Shown here: positions 28,020 through 41,260 of the stretch, one piece after another | How the letters are laid out: each line of letters begins with the position of its first letter | Numbering within the stretch: the stretch's first letter is position 1 | Made by a program: the position numbers and the translations under genes | The notes under the pieces: generated by a model | Databases searched by the model: none | What the model was told of the DNA's origin: nothing | What the model saw: only the letters and a program-made list of their open reading frames with translations | From: Octopus vulgaris | Lineage: Eukaryota | DNA length: 64,000 bases | Reading direction: 5' to 3' | Assembly: GCA_951406725.2 (NCBI GenBank) | Contig: OX597832.1 | Location: 32,984,001-33,048,000 of the forward strand

Positions 28020-28420
28020 CAAAGCTTTAGATTTAAGGGAATGTGATGTTCGATTAAATCGATCCTACGAGTAAAAGGGTTCAGCATTTTATGGACCCTA
28101 AACGAAAAAGGGGAAAATTTACTTCGGAGGAAGTTGATCTCAAAGAGTAAAGCGTAGAAAAGAATGATGCCAAGCTTTTTGTTCGACGCGCTAACACGTT
28201 TGCAAATGGCAATGAGAAAAATGGTGTCTGATGTAGGCAAAATCCAGAAGATTTGAGGGGATGGAATTTGTAGATCCCATGGAGACGACTATTTGGCTGG
28301 TGTCATGCAATTGAACAACGCGGGAAGAAAAGCATAGTTGACTGTGGCGAGGTTTGAACTCAGAATTAAAAGCCAACGAGATACACAACGCAACACTTTT
28401 TTCCTGACGACCTACCAAAT
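28020..28420 (-). mobile_element. Two adjacent highly degenerate SINE family B copies
   Basis: GATTAAATCGATCC..GACGCGCTAACACGTTTGC (28050-28205) and AGTTGACTGTGGCGAGGTTTGAACTCAGAA (28336-28365) match the reverse complement of family B. Confidence 0.45.
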
Positions 28421-28429
28421 CAATTCAGT

Positions 28430-28504
<75 letters not shown>

Positions 28505-28535
28505 CTTTAACAACGTACTAGCAGAGCCAGAGACA

Positions 28536-30122
28536 ATGCCTGAATGGCTCACGAAGGGGAAAACCATCTTAATTCCCAAATCAAATGAAACAGAAAAACC
28601 AGAAAACTACAGACCAATAACCTGCCTCCTTACTATGTTCAAGGCATTTACTGCAGTGATATCACAAAGTCTGAACAAGCACCTGGACGAAAACAAACTG
28701 TTCCCAGAAGAGCAGAAAGGATGCCGCAAAGGCTCATATGGCTGTAAAGATCAACTAATGATTAATAAAGCCATAACTGAAGACAGCCACAGAAAGAAGA
28801 AAGGTCTCAGTATGGCCTGGATTGACTACAAAAAGGCGTTTGATAGCATCCCCCACACATGGATCCTCGAAACACTAGCCATTAACAAAGTAGCACCAAC
28901 AATCATAAAATTCATAGAGCACTCTATGAATAAATGGCAAACAGTCCTACACCTCCAAACAAAAGAGGGACTCATGAAAACCAAAGACATCCCCATTAGA
29001 AGAGGAATATTCCAGGGAGACACGCTCTCTCCACTCCTTTTCTGCTTGGCACTGTCACCTCTATCTGATATGCTAAATAGAACTGGATGCGGATATAAAT
29101 GTTACGGCAAAACGATCAGCCACCTTTTATATATGGATGACCTAAAACTATACGCTGCAAATGACAAACAGCTGGAAACACTATTAAAGACAGTTCATGG
29201 ATTTACCAAAGAAATAGATATGAAATTTGGATTAGAAAAATGCGCCAAAGTAACCATGAAAAGAGGAAAACTAGTTAAGAGTAACAACATCACACTAGAT
29301 AAAACCAATGAAATAAAAGAATTAGACCAAAGCCAAACTTACAAATACTTAGGAATCCATGAACTAGATAAGACACAACACACACAAATGAAAGATAAAA
29401 TAAAAAAAGAATATTATAGACGAGTTAGATCAATAATAAACACAGAGCTCAATGCTAAAAACAAGATAATAGGTATCAACACTTTAGCTGTCCCAGTTAT
29501 AAGTCACAGCTACAATATCCTTAACTGGACACGAAATAAACTGACCAAAATAGATAGGAAAACAAGAAAAATAATGGCAGGATCTAGGATGCATCACCCA
29601 AAATCTGACATAGAAAGACTATATATACAACGTATAGAAGGTGGTAGAGGCCTTATACAGCTGGAAAACTACTATAAAATAACCACCATAGGACTGCAAA
29701 AATATCTACTTCAGAAGGAAGGAAAACTGATCCAGATAGCGGCAAAACACGAGCAAAACAAAAAACTGTTCTCAGTATTTAAGGAAGCTGACAAATACAA
29801 ACAAGAAATCATACCACCTAATAAACATGAAGAAGAAGAAGAAGAAGATGAAGAAACAACAAAAGCTATAAAACAAATGAAATCCAAACTAAAAATAGAA
29901 CAGCAACGAACCATGATAAAACGATGGCAAGAAAAGCCCCTTCATGGTAAATACTGGACTAAACTAAACGCAAAAGAAGTAGACAAAGAAAAATCCCAGC
30001 AATGGTTGAGAAGCTCAGGACTCAAAGCAGAAAAAGAGGGATTTTTTAATTGCAGCACAAGACCAAAGCCTCCCCACCAGAAATTACCAAAAACATGTAA
30101 TGAAAAGAAATATTACAAGTAA
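28536..30122 (+). CDS. Reverse transcriptase portion of the R4/Dong-like ORF (N-terminally truncated, frameshifted near 30045)
   Basis: Motifs NYRPITCL, EEQKG, WIDYKKAFDSIPH, GIFQGDTLSPLLF, HLLYMDDLKL, FGLEKC, YKYLG, GGRGL. About 500 codons with no stop. Confidence 0.9.
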   Translation: MPEWLTKGKTILIPKSNETEKPENYRPITCLLTMFKAFTAVISQSLNKHLDENKLFPEEQKGCRKGSYGCKDQLMINKAITEDSHRKKKGLSMAWIDYKKAFDSIPHTWILETLAINKVAPTIIKFIEHSMNKWQTVLHLQTKEGLMKTKDIPIRRGIFQGDTLSPLLFCLALSPLSDMLNRTGCGYKCYGKTISHLLYMDDLKLYAANDKQLETLLKTVHGFTKEIDMKFGLEKCAKVTMKRGKLVKSNNITLDKTNEIKELDQSQTYKYLGIHELDKTQHTQMKDKIKKEYYRRVRSIINTELNAKNKIIGINTLAVPVISHSYNILNWTRNKLTKIDRKTRKIMAGSRMHHPKSDIERLYIQRIEGGRGLIQLENYYKITTIGLQKYLLQKEGKLIQIAAKHEQNKKLFSVFKEADKYKQEIIPPNKHEEEEEEDEETTKAIKQMKSKLKIEQQRTMIKRWQEKPLHGKYWTKLNAKEVDKEKSQQWLRSSGLKAEKEGFFNCSTRPKPPHQKLPKTCNEKKYYK

Positions 30123-30437
30123 CTGCAGAATATGTGGAGATGAACAAGAAACAATAAATCATATTATCTCTAGCTGCCCAGTCCTGGCTAAGAAGGAATA
30201 TATTCACAGACATGACAGAGTTGGAACCAAAATACATTGGAAGCTATGCCAACATTATGGAATAACAACAGAAAAAAGATGGTATAGGCACACACCAGAA
30301 AAGGTCACAGAAAACGAGAAAGCAACCATACTCTGGGATATGCCGATACACACAGGCAGAGAAATTAAGGCCAACAGACCAGATATAGTTGTCAGAGACC
30401 ATGAAGAAAAAAAACACTTTCCATACAATAACCATCA
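30048..30437 (+). pseudogene. C-terminal zinc knuckle and partial restriction-like endonuclease of the same element
   Basis: After removing one T from the T6 run at 30042-30047 the frame reads IAAQDQSLPTRNY..CRICGDEQETINHIISSC..RHD..NRPDIVV, then jumps to the probable ORF end TLSIQ*. Confidence 0.85.
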
Positions 30438-30525
30438 GAGCATCACAACAAATCACAGCACATACCCAAGGCACACAGAGCTGTGCTCGGTAGTGAAGTG
30501 AAAGCACGCTATAAAAATAAAACTA

Positions 30526-30586
<61 letters not shown>

Positions 30587-30752
30587 GTAATAGTAATAGA
30601 AATAAATAAAAATATATCGAAGAGTGCCATATCATGTGAAATTGGTTGAACGATATTTCGGCATCCAGCGTTGCCTTCCACAGGTTCAAAAACTACATGT
30701 CAGTCTACTTCATTTTTAACACAAGTTAAGTTATCTCGGTCCTATATAGTCC

Positions 30753-30827
<75 letters not shown>

Positions 30828-30884
30828 TGATGAAGATGATGATAATAATAGTTCAGAGAATTCGGAGACGGTGTTCTCTCCGCA

Positions 30885-31370
30885 CTGAATAACGAGATGG
30901 TATAAAAGGTGGGCTACAGCAAATATTCTGTTCAATACCACAGATTTGCTTGTCAGTTGTTTGGCCTTAAACAGTTGAGCATGACCTTTAGCGGCTGAAG
31001 AGAAGTGCATCTCTTATCATGAGGGGAAATAGTGAGGGAGCATCATATCCATGTTTTGAGAGGAATTCTTTGGGATTTGGATAATTCACCTCTGGAAACG
31101 TGGGTTAATCGTTCAACATCCTCAAGCAAACCTTACTCTGGGACCTTTTGAGCTGGATGGTCAACTCGGACTGAAAAAAATTCTAAATAGGCCCTTCCTA
31201 CAAGAACATGCGAAGTTAATCTTGATATGAAATCACCGTTTTATGGAGATATGGTTGCGATGCATGTAGTTGGTGTATCCTCATTAGACTTGTATTCATG
31301 AAGGGTAAAGTGGGCTTCGTATATTTTACCACAGAGTCACTTTGAAGGCATCCATTGCTCTCTCACTCAA
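30885..31370 (+). mobile_element. (AAT)n-associated non-coding dispersed element (long copy)
   Basis: Shares GGTATAAAA..TGGGCTAC and the terminus TTTGA.GG.AT.CATTGCTCTCTCACT.AATAATAAT with 57786-57918. Confidence 0.6.
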
Positions 31371-32307
31371 TAATAATAATTATTATAGTAATATTAAAGG
31401 CGATGGTTTAAAGAAGAAGATAAATTTATAAGAGATGTAGAAGAAAAATAAGGACATGTGCACTGTGAAGGTGGAGAAAAGCGACACAGGGACGAAAATT
31501 GTGTTATGAAAGAGGAATACGTGCAGAAATATCTAATGAGCAAAGAGAAAGGAAAGAGGCAACGGTGAGATTGACAGAATGAGAGAGAGAGACAAAGATG
31601 GAAAGAGTCGGGATGAACAGATGGGTAAATGGGTGCATGTGTGAGTGAGTGAGTGAAGGAAAATGAAAAGCACACCACTATGAATGAAGAACAAAATAAA
31701 AAGCAGCAAAAAAAAAACAAAATGAAAGAAAGCAGGACGAAAGAAGCAAAGAAGTTGTGAAAGACATCTTGGAGTTAAAGAAGAAACAATGGGAAAATAA
31801 AAGAGAGTGTTTGCAGATAAAGTTTTATGTGAATGGATGAAAGTAAAACAAGAAAAAACAGCAGAATGGCGAAATGTTTAAAAATTCCGTCTTTCAGTGA
31901 AAAAGAAAAAAAAAAAACCTAAGTATCAGTCATCATTATATACGGGTGGCTGGGTTGGCAGGTGTTGTTGCTGTTGTAGTTTTTGCCAACAGTTCTCTCT
32001 TCAGTGTGTAGATTGCAGAGGTCTTTTATCTTGGGGTCTATTTCCAGAGAATCGCGGCTGTTTATACAGTTTTTTCTTTATAAATCTTATTATCATAACT
32101 ATCTCCATCTTAGTAGTACTGTCTTTGTTGCTGTTGCTCTCATGATTACTATTGTAATTGTTGTTGTTATTGTTGATGTCGCTTTGGCTTTTGCTGTCAA
32201 TGTATTTGTATGGTTTGTTCTTTTAGTTTGTGATTGTATTTCTTTATATGTATATGACTATACGTATGTATGTTTGTATATATAAACTTATATATATATA
32301 TATATAT

Positions 32308-32370
<63 letters not shown>

Positions 32371-34009
32371 TCTGTTTATATCTTAGTATTCCCTTTTAAC
32401 TTTTGTTTAATTCTGTTATGATTTCTTTCGTTTGTAACGATAAACTAGTTATTTATTTATTCCTAAATAATGTCTTATCTAATTCTTTATAGTCTTCGGA
32501 GAGAAAAAAGAGAGAAAAAATGTTGAAAGAAGAAATAAGTCTTTCCTAGATAAAGTGATATTTTGTTTTTCAATCTTAGGAATAAATTTTTTTCTTTCAA
32601 TTCAATTTTAAATATAAACTAAAGTGAAGACTGTTTATGTGTCACAAAGGGAAATTTAAATTTAACCTTCCTTTCTTTAGATCTTAAATATTCCGATGAA
32701 TATGATCGCGTTAGCATCTAAGCAATATAAAGGCAGCATCTAAGAAATAGAAAGGCAGCATTAATTTTCCGTCTACAATTCACTTTAGAAATATTTCTTC
32801 CAAAGGAACGTTATGCTCCTTATCACCGATTTCGTATTGGTGTTGGTTTAAGTTCCATATCAGCTTTGATCGAGTAGACCCGTATTACGTGTTTCTATTG
32901 TGTCACAAACGTTTTTTTTTTTTCTGAATCGTTAGAAAATAGAAATATGTGTGTGTATGTGTTTGAGTGTGTTTGTGTATATGTGTAGATGTTTGTGTGC
33001 GTGTATATATATATACTGTCGATCACTATAGTAGTGGTTACGGCATACGACTGATCATGATGTTACCGTCGGTTTCGCACGGACTGTTGCAGTTAAGCAA
33101 TATTAACAACTTTTCAAAAATGCTGGCTGAGAGTGTTAACCCTCTTTTATGTTGGAGGTATATATAGACTGTGGGTAGAGACGTCGCTTTTAAAATTAAA
33201 TAGAATAGTCAAAACCTTTTTACCTTTGCTGAGATCAAAACAAGATTTATTTTCCATCAATTGAAGATACTCGTGAGTGTGTCATTGTGTCTGTGTATGA
33301 GTGTTTCTATCTTGATATTAGTGTGAGCGCGCGTGCGTATGTCACACTGTAGTCAAAGAATGGAGACTACGTAAATGGATTTATGCCCATGGGATTAGCG
33401 TCCAAATATTTGGCGAGTATTTCGGAAATCACACGGGTCTTTTCAATATTTCAAACTGATTTTGCACCAAGCTGGTCTGCACCATTTTCTTCAATATGTG
33501 AACTTGTGTTCGTGTGTGTCTTCGCGCACGCAAACATCTGTGTATATTTGCCCCTGTACTTTTTTAAATATTGATGCAACGAATAAAGTCAAGCAGTATT
33601 GATTATTTGATTGGATAATTAATCTTGTAAATCTTTTGTCAAATCCATCCAACCTGACATCTGCTGATTTTGTCATGGCTATTCTTTCTGTGACTACAAA
33701 GACTTCAGCAAGAATCCATTCAGCATAGCAAACATTCTGTACACATTACACCAACAACGTTTTATGTACAGCGGAGTAATATTCAACATGTTGAAATGAA
33801 TTGACACTGAACAAAATATACAAACCTTGGATATTTAACAGCTATGTTTAGATAATAATTTCATATCAAATCCCGGCAAACATACTTTAATCAAAATTGC
33901 AAAACGAACGAAATGTAAAAACACTACATACATTAATATATACATAAATACACACATACATACATACATACACATATGCATGCAAATATACATATATATA
34001 TATATGTAT

Positions 34010-34246
34010 GTATGTATATAAAATTAACAGAATGAGATAAAGATCCAAGACTGTGAAATATTTCAGAATGTTTATAAAGAGGTCTAACAGCTGTTCCCGG
34101 GATGTTTTATATAATCCTTCATCGGAGACGGTGAAGGGATATATACAATATCCCGGAAACTGCTGTAAGACCTTCTCTTTATAAATGTTCTGAAGTCTTT
34201 TATAGCATTGGATCTTTACCTCATTCTGTTAATTTTTTATACATAC
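34010..34246. mobile_element. Foldback element with two inverted hammerhead-like motifs
   Basis: Arms AAATTAACAGAATGAGATAAAGATCCAA.. / ..TTGGATCTTTACCTCATTCTGTTAATTT. Motifs at 34082-34129 (-) and 34128-34171 (+). Same family as 59627-59945. Confidence 0.75.
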
Positions 34247-34353
34247 GTACGCTAATATATGACCTACGTTGGACTCCTCATTCGCATGACCGCAGTCGCA
34301 TGGCAGAAACGAGTAAAAGAAGAAATATATATATATGTATGTACACACACACA

Positions 34354-34408
<55 letters not shown>

Positions 34409-34409
34409 C

Positions 34410-34575
34410 TATATATTCTCTCTCTGTTTATTTCCCCGTGCTCCTTTCTGTTCAAGGGCGTAGCCTCGAAACGTAAAAGACTTTCTTATCTTCCCGAGCG
34501 TCAAACAAATACTCCTGCTTGTTGTGCTTATACAAATGTCTTCGTCTTTTGTGGTTCTGTAAATTTCAACTATAC
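34410..34575 (+). repeat. Second copy of the 3820-3965 repeat (variant hammerhead-like)
   Basis: CTTTCTGTTCAAGGGCGTAGCCTCGAAACGTAAAAGAC..TGTCTTCGTCTTTTGT. Confidence 0.55.
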
Positions 34576-35207
34576 ATACATATATACATATGTATATATA
34601 TATTCTTATATAAACAGAGACAGACAACATACACATATATATATGTATAAGGAGTCGGTAGTCGCGCCGTTCTAGTGAGCCAATAATATTCTTGTAGCGA
34701 AATCATAATCGTGTATTGAATAATCTTTCAATTTAAGGCAAAATTGTTTCCATTACAGCACAAAACCAAACATTCATTGACAGACACATAGACCGATCGA
34801 TCGATCGATCGATAGTTAAATAGATATATGTGTATATGTTCATATATATATAAACACGCACACTTATATACATATACGTACATATACATAAAGTGATAGA
34901 TTAATATACAGATTGATAGATAGATATAGAGAGAGAGGGGGGAGGAGAGAGATATGTATATAATGCATACATATATACATATCTGCATATATTTAAATAT
35001 TGGTTTTGAAGAACAAAAGTGTTTTAGTGTAATGGTGAAAAATAAGGTGAACTTCGAAGTCACTATCGAAAATCAACAAATATGGTATAAGAACTAAAAG
35101 TATTGAATGATCCTTCCATATCATGTTCACTCTTTTATATCTAAATTCACAGAAACCAAGCACAGATATATGTGTCTTTACATACATGCTTGCATACATA
35201 CATACAA

Positions 35208-35294
<87 letters not shown>

Positions 35295-36185
35295 AATATA
35301 TACATATATATATATTCTATCGATTATCGACATAGTTAAATCACATTGTAACCCTATAACAGAAAAAAAAATGAAATATATGCATGGTATTGCTTTTAGC
35401 AAGATACATATACATACATAAATACACACATATATATATAAATACATGTGTGTGTATGTGTGTGTGTATGTATGGATGTATGTATAAACAAAACTGTAAT
35501 TAAATAAATACGAATATCCACACTCCTACACTTAAGTAAAAGAAAAAAAAGCACGCGCAGACCCACATACACATGCACACACATACACCTCACGTCACAC
35601 ATGCATACACACGCACGAAATAACAAGAGAGAGAGAGAGAGAAAGAGTGAGACTGAGAGACAGATATAGAAAGTGAGACTGAGAGAGAGATAACTACAGC
35701 AAAGCTGGCGAATAATTAAAACATGAAAAACAATAAAAATTATCAAAGAAGAAAAGAAATAAAAACAAGAAAAGAAAGCAAAACAAATGTTTAAAGCTCA
35801 TTTCAACAGAAAGGAATTCAAAAGAATAATTCGGAATTATTTTTTATCGCCGCCATTTCGGTCTTCTTGTTTATTTTATGTAAAAGATGGCTAATTTAAT
35901 AATATATTTAATCTAATTCAATCCTAAAGCAACACAGATAACTATGGCGAATATTATGGAAAGAAATGTGCAACGGGGAAAAAAGGCTTCTCATTGTTCC
36001 TATCAATTATTATTGGTATTGTTATCCTCATCCTAATTATTATTACCATCACCATCAACACCACCACCTCTACTACTACTAATACTACTACTACTAATAC
36101 TACTGGTGTTTTATCCTCTTCTATTTTATTGTTAATGTTGATGTTAACACCAGTCATCATCATAATTGATATAAATAAGATTATT

Positions 36186-36296
<111 letters not shown>

Positions 36297-36424
36297 TCTA
36301 GACATGGTTATTGTTTTGCTTTCACCCCCCACCTTGCATTGTATATCCTTAAGTTACACATGTATTGGATGACAGCAGTAATGATACACATACAGACACA
36401 CACACAGCATGTACAGGCTGCAAG

Positions 36425-36538
36425 ACTTTGGACGAGCCGAGGTCATATTTAAAAAAATCTCTTACTGTTACAGTGTATTGAACCCGTAATCATGTGTTTA
36501 GAAAAGCAAGCTCCCTACAACACGACCACGGCCGCACC
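36425..36538 (-). mobile_element. SINE family A head, degenerate
   Basis: ATTGAACCC..CATGTGTTTAGAAAAGCAAGCT..ACCACGGCCGCACCTA is the reverse complement of the family A head. Confidence 0.5.
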
Positions 36539-36546
36539 TATATATG

Positions 36547-36663
<117 letters not shown>

Positions 36664-36687
36664 TATATATATATCTATATATATACA

Positions 36688-36725
<38 letters not shown>

Positions 36726-37236
36726 GTATATATGTATATATAAAGAGAGAGTGAGAGAGAGACACACAAACGTGTATGCGTATGTGTATAGATATATAAA
36801 GCACACACATCCATATTTACACATACGCGCACATAGATACAGTAAGAGTCAGAATGTATGCGCGCGCACGTGTGTGTGTGTTTGTGTCTGTGTGTGTGTG
36901 TGTGAATGTATGATTTTGTCCTATGTGTACGTATATATCGCAAAATTTGTTTTTACTAAATATATATTTGTATTTTCGTTTTATAATTTTCTTGGAAATT
37001 GTTTCCTGTTGTTTTGTCCATTTCCGTTGACTGGAAATATCGCTAATGTTGTTCTTATTGTTGGTTGTAGTTTTTGCTGTCGCTGTTGCTGTTTGCGGTT
37101 TATAAGCTATCGTCGTCGCTGTGGTGGTCATTATCATGATCAAGAGCACGATCATCATCATCACCATCATCATCAACGTCAAAATCATCTTCATCAACAT
37201 GATCATCGGCATAATCAATTTCATCGTTACTACTGC

Positions 37237-37326
<90 letters not shown>

Positions 37327-38049
37327 AATGATGATATTCACCTTCGGCATCATTATCATCATCATCATTGATGTCGTCGTCGTCGTCATCAGCAGCAGCA
37401 TCATTATCATTATCATCATCATCACCATCTTCATAATCAACATCACATTCATTAGCATCATCAATCATATCGATCAATCAATCAATCGTCATAGATCTAT
37501 TTTCCCTTTATTTACTGCCTTATTTATTTATCACTTGTTCATATCATTATCATCATCATCGTCCACATTATCATCATCAGTATCATCATCAACATCATCA
37601 ACATCATCATCATCATCGTCATTATTATCATTATAGGTTAGCAACTTCTGCACCAATAAAAAAAATGATAAATAAATAAAACCAATTCTAATATCGATTG
37701 AAGTCGTTGATATGTAGTTTCGATTTTCTTGCTTGTTTTTGTTCCTTTAATTCTTCCATAGTTTCGCCTCACAGCAGACATGTTTTAACCAATTTTTTTT
37801 TCTCTTTCAACATTCACATCGATGCATTATCAATTGGAATATATTTACATATTTTAAACCAAATGCATAAATTGAGATCGGTTGAAACCAGGGATGAGAA
37901 AGAAATTTTCGTCAACTCGCTTGAAATAGCAGTTAAATATTTTTTAATTCAGCACGTATCTTGTTGAAAACGATGGGTTAAGGCCCTGTTTACCTTTGAA
38001 CCCTACACAGGTATAGTATTATTTGGATGAAAAACGTGGGATGTTTGCT

Positions 38050-38800
38050 TTAATTCAGTGGAAAAAGTTCAGTGATTTGAGTTTGGATCCCAAAGTTGGG
38101 TGCTTGACTTCCCGAAAGTGTTTGCGATATATTTCCAAGGAATACAGGCGATCATATCTGGGAGCAGTAATCCAAGCACCTGATGCCAATGGTTTACTTT
38201 TCCTCTTTTGTGATTGATCTCAGAATTGAACCTATTAGTTGTCTTAATAATATGCACAAGGGGTGATGTCTCACCACTCAAGTGGATTCCCATATTACAC
38301 ACTCATTTGAACTCTAAAATTACAATCTCCACTGTTCTTGTGTATTCAGATTGCAGGCTGTGTCTGGGTCATTACTGGTGCTATTGAAATTTCTCAGCTT
38401 TGAACTTCATGTTTTTTCCTTTATCCCACTTGAATACGGTGCTCAATTATTTCTGTATTTTTGAGGTAACATTAGGATTCATGACTGTTTGTCGTGCTTT
38501 TGTATGGTGAGAGTCGCATACTATGTCTGAGTGCAGGTAAGAGAGACTGCCATAAATGGTTATGGTCCCGCAATAGTTCCCTCAGAGCCTCACCTTATGA
38601 TTGAAGCCTCTTCAGAGAGAGAGATGGGGGAGGGAGAGAGAGAGTACCATTGGCTTCAACAGTCTGACACGTGTCATTTAAAAAGTCATGCAGCTCCTCC
38701 CAAAGTTTTTCAACGGTATCAAAGTTACGCTGTTGTTCATCTTGTGATCGACTTTGTTGAAGGACTTGGGAAATCAAGATATATTTTATGCACGTGTTGA
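38050..38800 (-). mobile_element. Decayed CR1/Jockey-group LINE reverse transcriptase fragment
   Basis: Minus-strand peptides across frameshifts, in RT order: YLDF.K.FNKVDH, LHDFLNDTCQTVEANGTLS, GT..GP, NMKFKAEKFQ, MGIHLS..HI, LDYCSQI*SP. Confidence 0.75.
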
Positions 38801-38899
38801 CTGTTGCGTAACTAACCATGAACACTACTGCATCTGCGTTGGTTTCAAAAGCACATACCGTCTTCAAAAACGTACCAAAATGCATGGAATATTCAAGAA

Positions 38900-40270
38900 G
38901 TTGACATCTATTTGTTCAAGGACAAAACCATGAAATGTCTGATACCAAATATCTAAGACAAATTTTTATTTCAAATACCACAAGGATTTACATAGCAGCG
39001 AGAAGCGCAAACAGAAAGGAATCTGTTTAACTTACTTCTTCGTGAAACGGTAAATCTGAAGACAGGATCGGAAAATGAGTCTACAATAAAGAAACATTAA
39101 TGCCTACGTCCCTGGAGTTATACCATAGAGCTACCGAAAAGTGAACGGGATTTAAATTGAGCTCGCACTGATTTCAAGTATGTAATTGCAGCCAATAACT
39201 CGGTTTCCTTTTATTGAACCTGGTCGCAGTTCATTTATGTTCCTTAAGCGTTTGGAGGTCGTCTTAGAAGTTGCCTGTGTCAAAAAATATCCTTCGTAGC
39301 ATTCTCTCGACATCATTCACACGCACTTGACCCTGGTTCAGGAGTTACAGCCCGAGTCATTATCTATAATTGTAAAAATTAAAAGTAATTCAACTTCAAT
39401 GTTTTCTGGGAACAATAAATTTCTATAGAGATTAGAATTTAAATTCCAATCTATGAAAAATTCCAGTCTTGAGTAAAAGTGCCGAGAAGGTGAGTTGAGT
39501 AAAAATGCTTTTTTCTCATTTTGCGCATTTAAAAAAATTTACATCTTGAAGTACAAGCAGAAAAATGTTTTCAGGCAGTTTAATGTCAGTATTCTAACTT
39601 TGTGCGAAACAAGATGGTGCTATAGATCAAGAACTGTGTCATCCATAAAACTATTGCATGAAAACTTGAAGAATACCTTCACAGATATTCTAGGGTTTAG
39701 GGATGAAGATACACTTTGTCAAAAGGACAATCCATTGGCAAAGTTGAATGATTTCACATTTATGTTTTTTATTAATTACTTTCATAACATACTTTCTCAG
39801 GCTCGAAAATCTTTCCCATTCTTCAGTGTAAGCTACTCAACATAAAGCAAAGTCAGAGTAAACTAAATGGCTTCATTCATTTCCTTGAAGGTAATCAAAA
39901 GGACAAACATTATGAAAACATTCTTCGCAATTGAACAGTCAGATGAGTCCGATCCTCCTTCTAGAAAAAGAGTCAGAGGTGCACAAATTAGTTCCAAACT
40001 ACCTATTCGGAAATAATTGATAACATTCTAATGTCCTTACGAGAGATTTTCTGGCATTCACGAGTAAGCATTTTTTGAATTTCTAATCTTTAATAAGTTT
40101 GAAGAGTTTGTTAATTCCTGGAAACTCTAGAAAACAAGTATCCCAGTATTTTTGATTGTAAGATCTTAGTGAACAACCCAAAACATATGTATATTGAGTG
40201 TGATTTCAAAAATTGTAAGTCAATCGACTCCTTGTTAGAATTACTCTATAAATTGCAGTTGACTCCCGCT
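38900..40270 (+). pseudogene. hAT-superfamily transposase relic
   Basis: ORF 39495-39845 contains LCETRWCYRSRTV..LAKLNDFTFMFFINYFHNIL, resembling the hAT L..TRW block and the following helix. Boundaries approximate; no terminal inverted repeats seen. Confidence 0.55.
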
Positions 40271-41045
40271 TGGCCGTAACAAGTAACACACAGCAATATT
40301 GTTTAGCTTTTCCTCGGGTCTTATTACCACCGGTTGTTTGTATCATCGTAAGGAGCAGAGCAAATTGTTCCACAGCTTAACCATCGTACACTAGTAAGTG
40401 AAATTAGTCAGGTTAAATGTGCAATAACTTTCATTATAAGCATTCCAGCAGCACTTGAAGTGGGGTGTTTGCCGTCACCTCATTAACTGAGAAATAATCT
40501 AAGTTTGTGAGGAGCGGGAGAGGAGGGAGAGCAAAATAGAACAAAGGAGAAAAATCTCGAAGACAGGAAAATAACGAACGTCGACGAAATAGCGAAGAAC
40601 ATGGTGATAAAAGACCTAAAGTAGAAAATATGCGATATAGGTGTGACGTTTGAGATAATTCACGGTGATAAGCATAGAAATACCGTAAATACAAAAATGT
40701 AGTAGTTTTATACAGTTTAGTATTTACTGCAACTACAGAACACGCATCAGGCTTGAAATACCGACTGCTGTCGATTTCTTTAACTCCAGCTCTCAACCCA
40801 GCGTTGCAACATAAAATATTTAAAGCCAAAACAATATGGACAATACGCAAGACAATATCATTTGTTTCACTTGGAGGTTTCGATTAAATTCTCTATAAAA
40901 TGCAACAAGTTTCTATTGATGTTTTGGTGCGAAGGCGACTGCTCGTGGAATGCCTAAGTAGACTAGAAATCAAATAGATAAAACTCATTATTACCTTTCT
41001 TTGATAAGCAATAAATGTCTACTGGAAAAGTCTTGTTTTACATTC

Positions 41046-41078
<33 letters not shown>

Positions 41079-41130
41079 TACAACTTAATTTCATCAAATA
41101 TGGTATATTTTCCATTTCAGTATACTTATA

Positions 41131-41170
<40 letters not shown>

Positions 41171-41199
41171 ATACAGGTACGTTTGTATATGCATATATG

Positions 41200-41260
<61 letters not shown>

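Larger units (their letters stand above)
28501..30528 (+). mobile_element. 5'-truncated Dong/R4-like non-LTR retrotransposon (RLE type) inserted in (AAT)n
   Basis: RT, CCHC knuckle and a partial restriction-like endonuclease, then a short 3' UTR. Flanked by (AAT)n at 28431-28500 and 30529-30590, the known microsatellite target of Dong-type elements. Confidence 0.9.
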
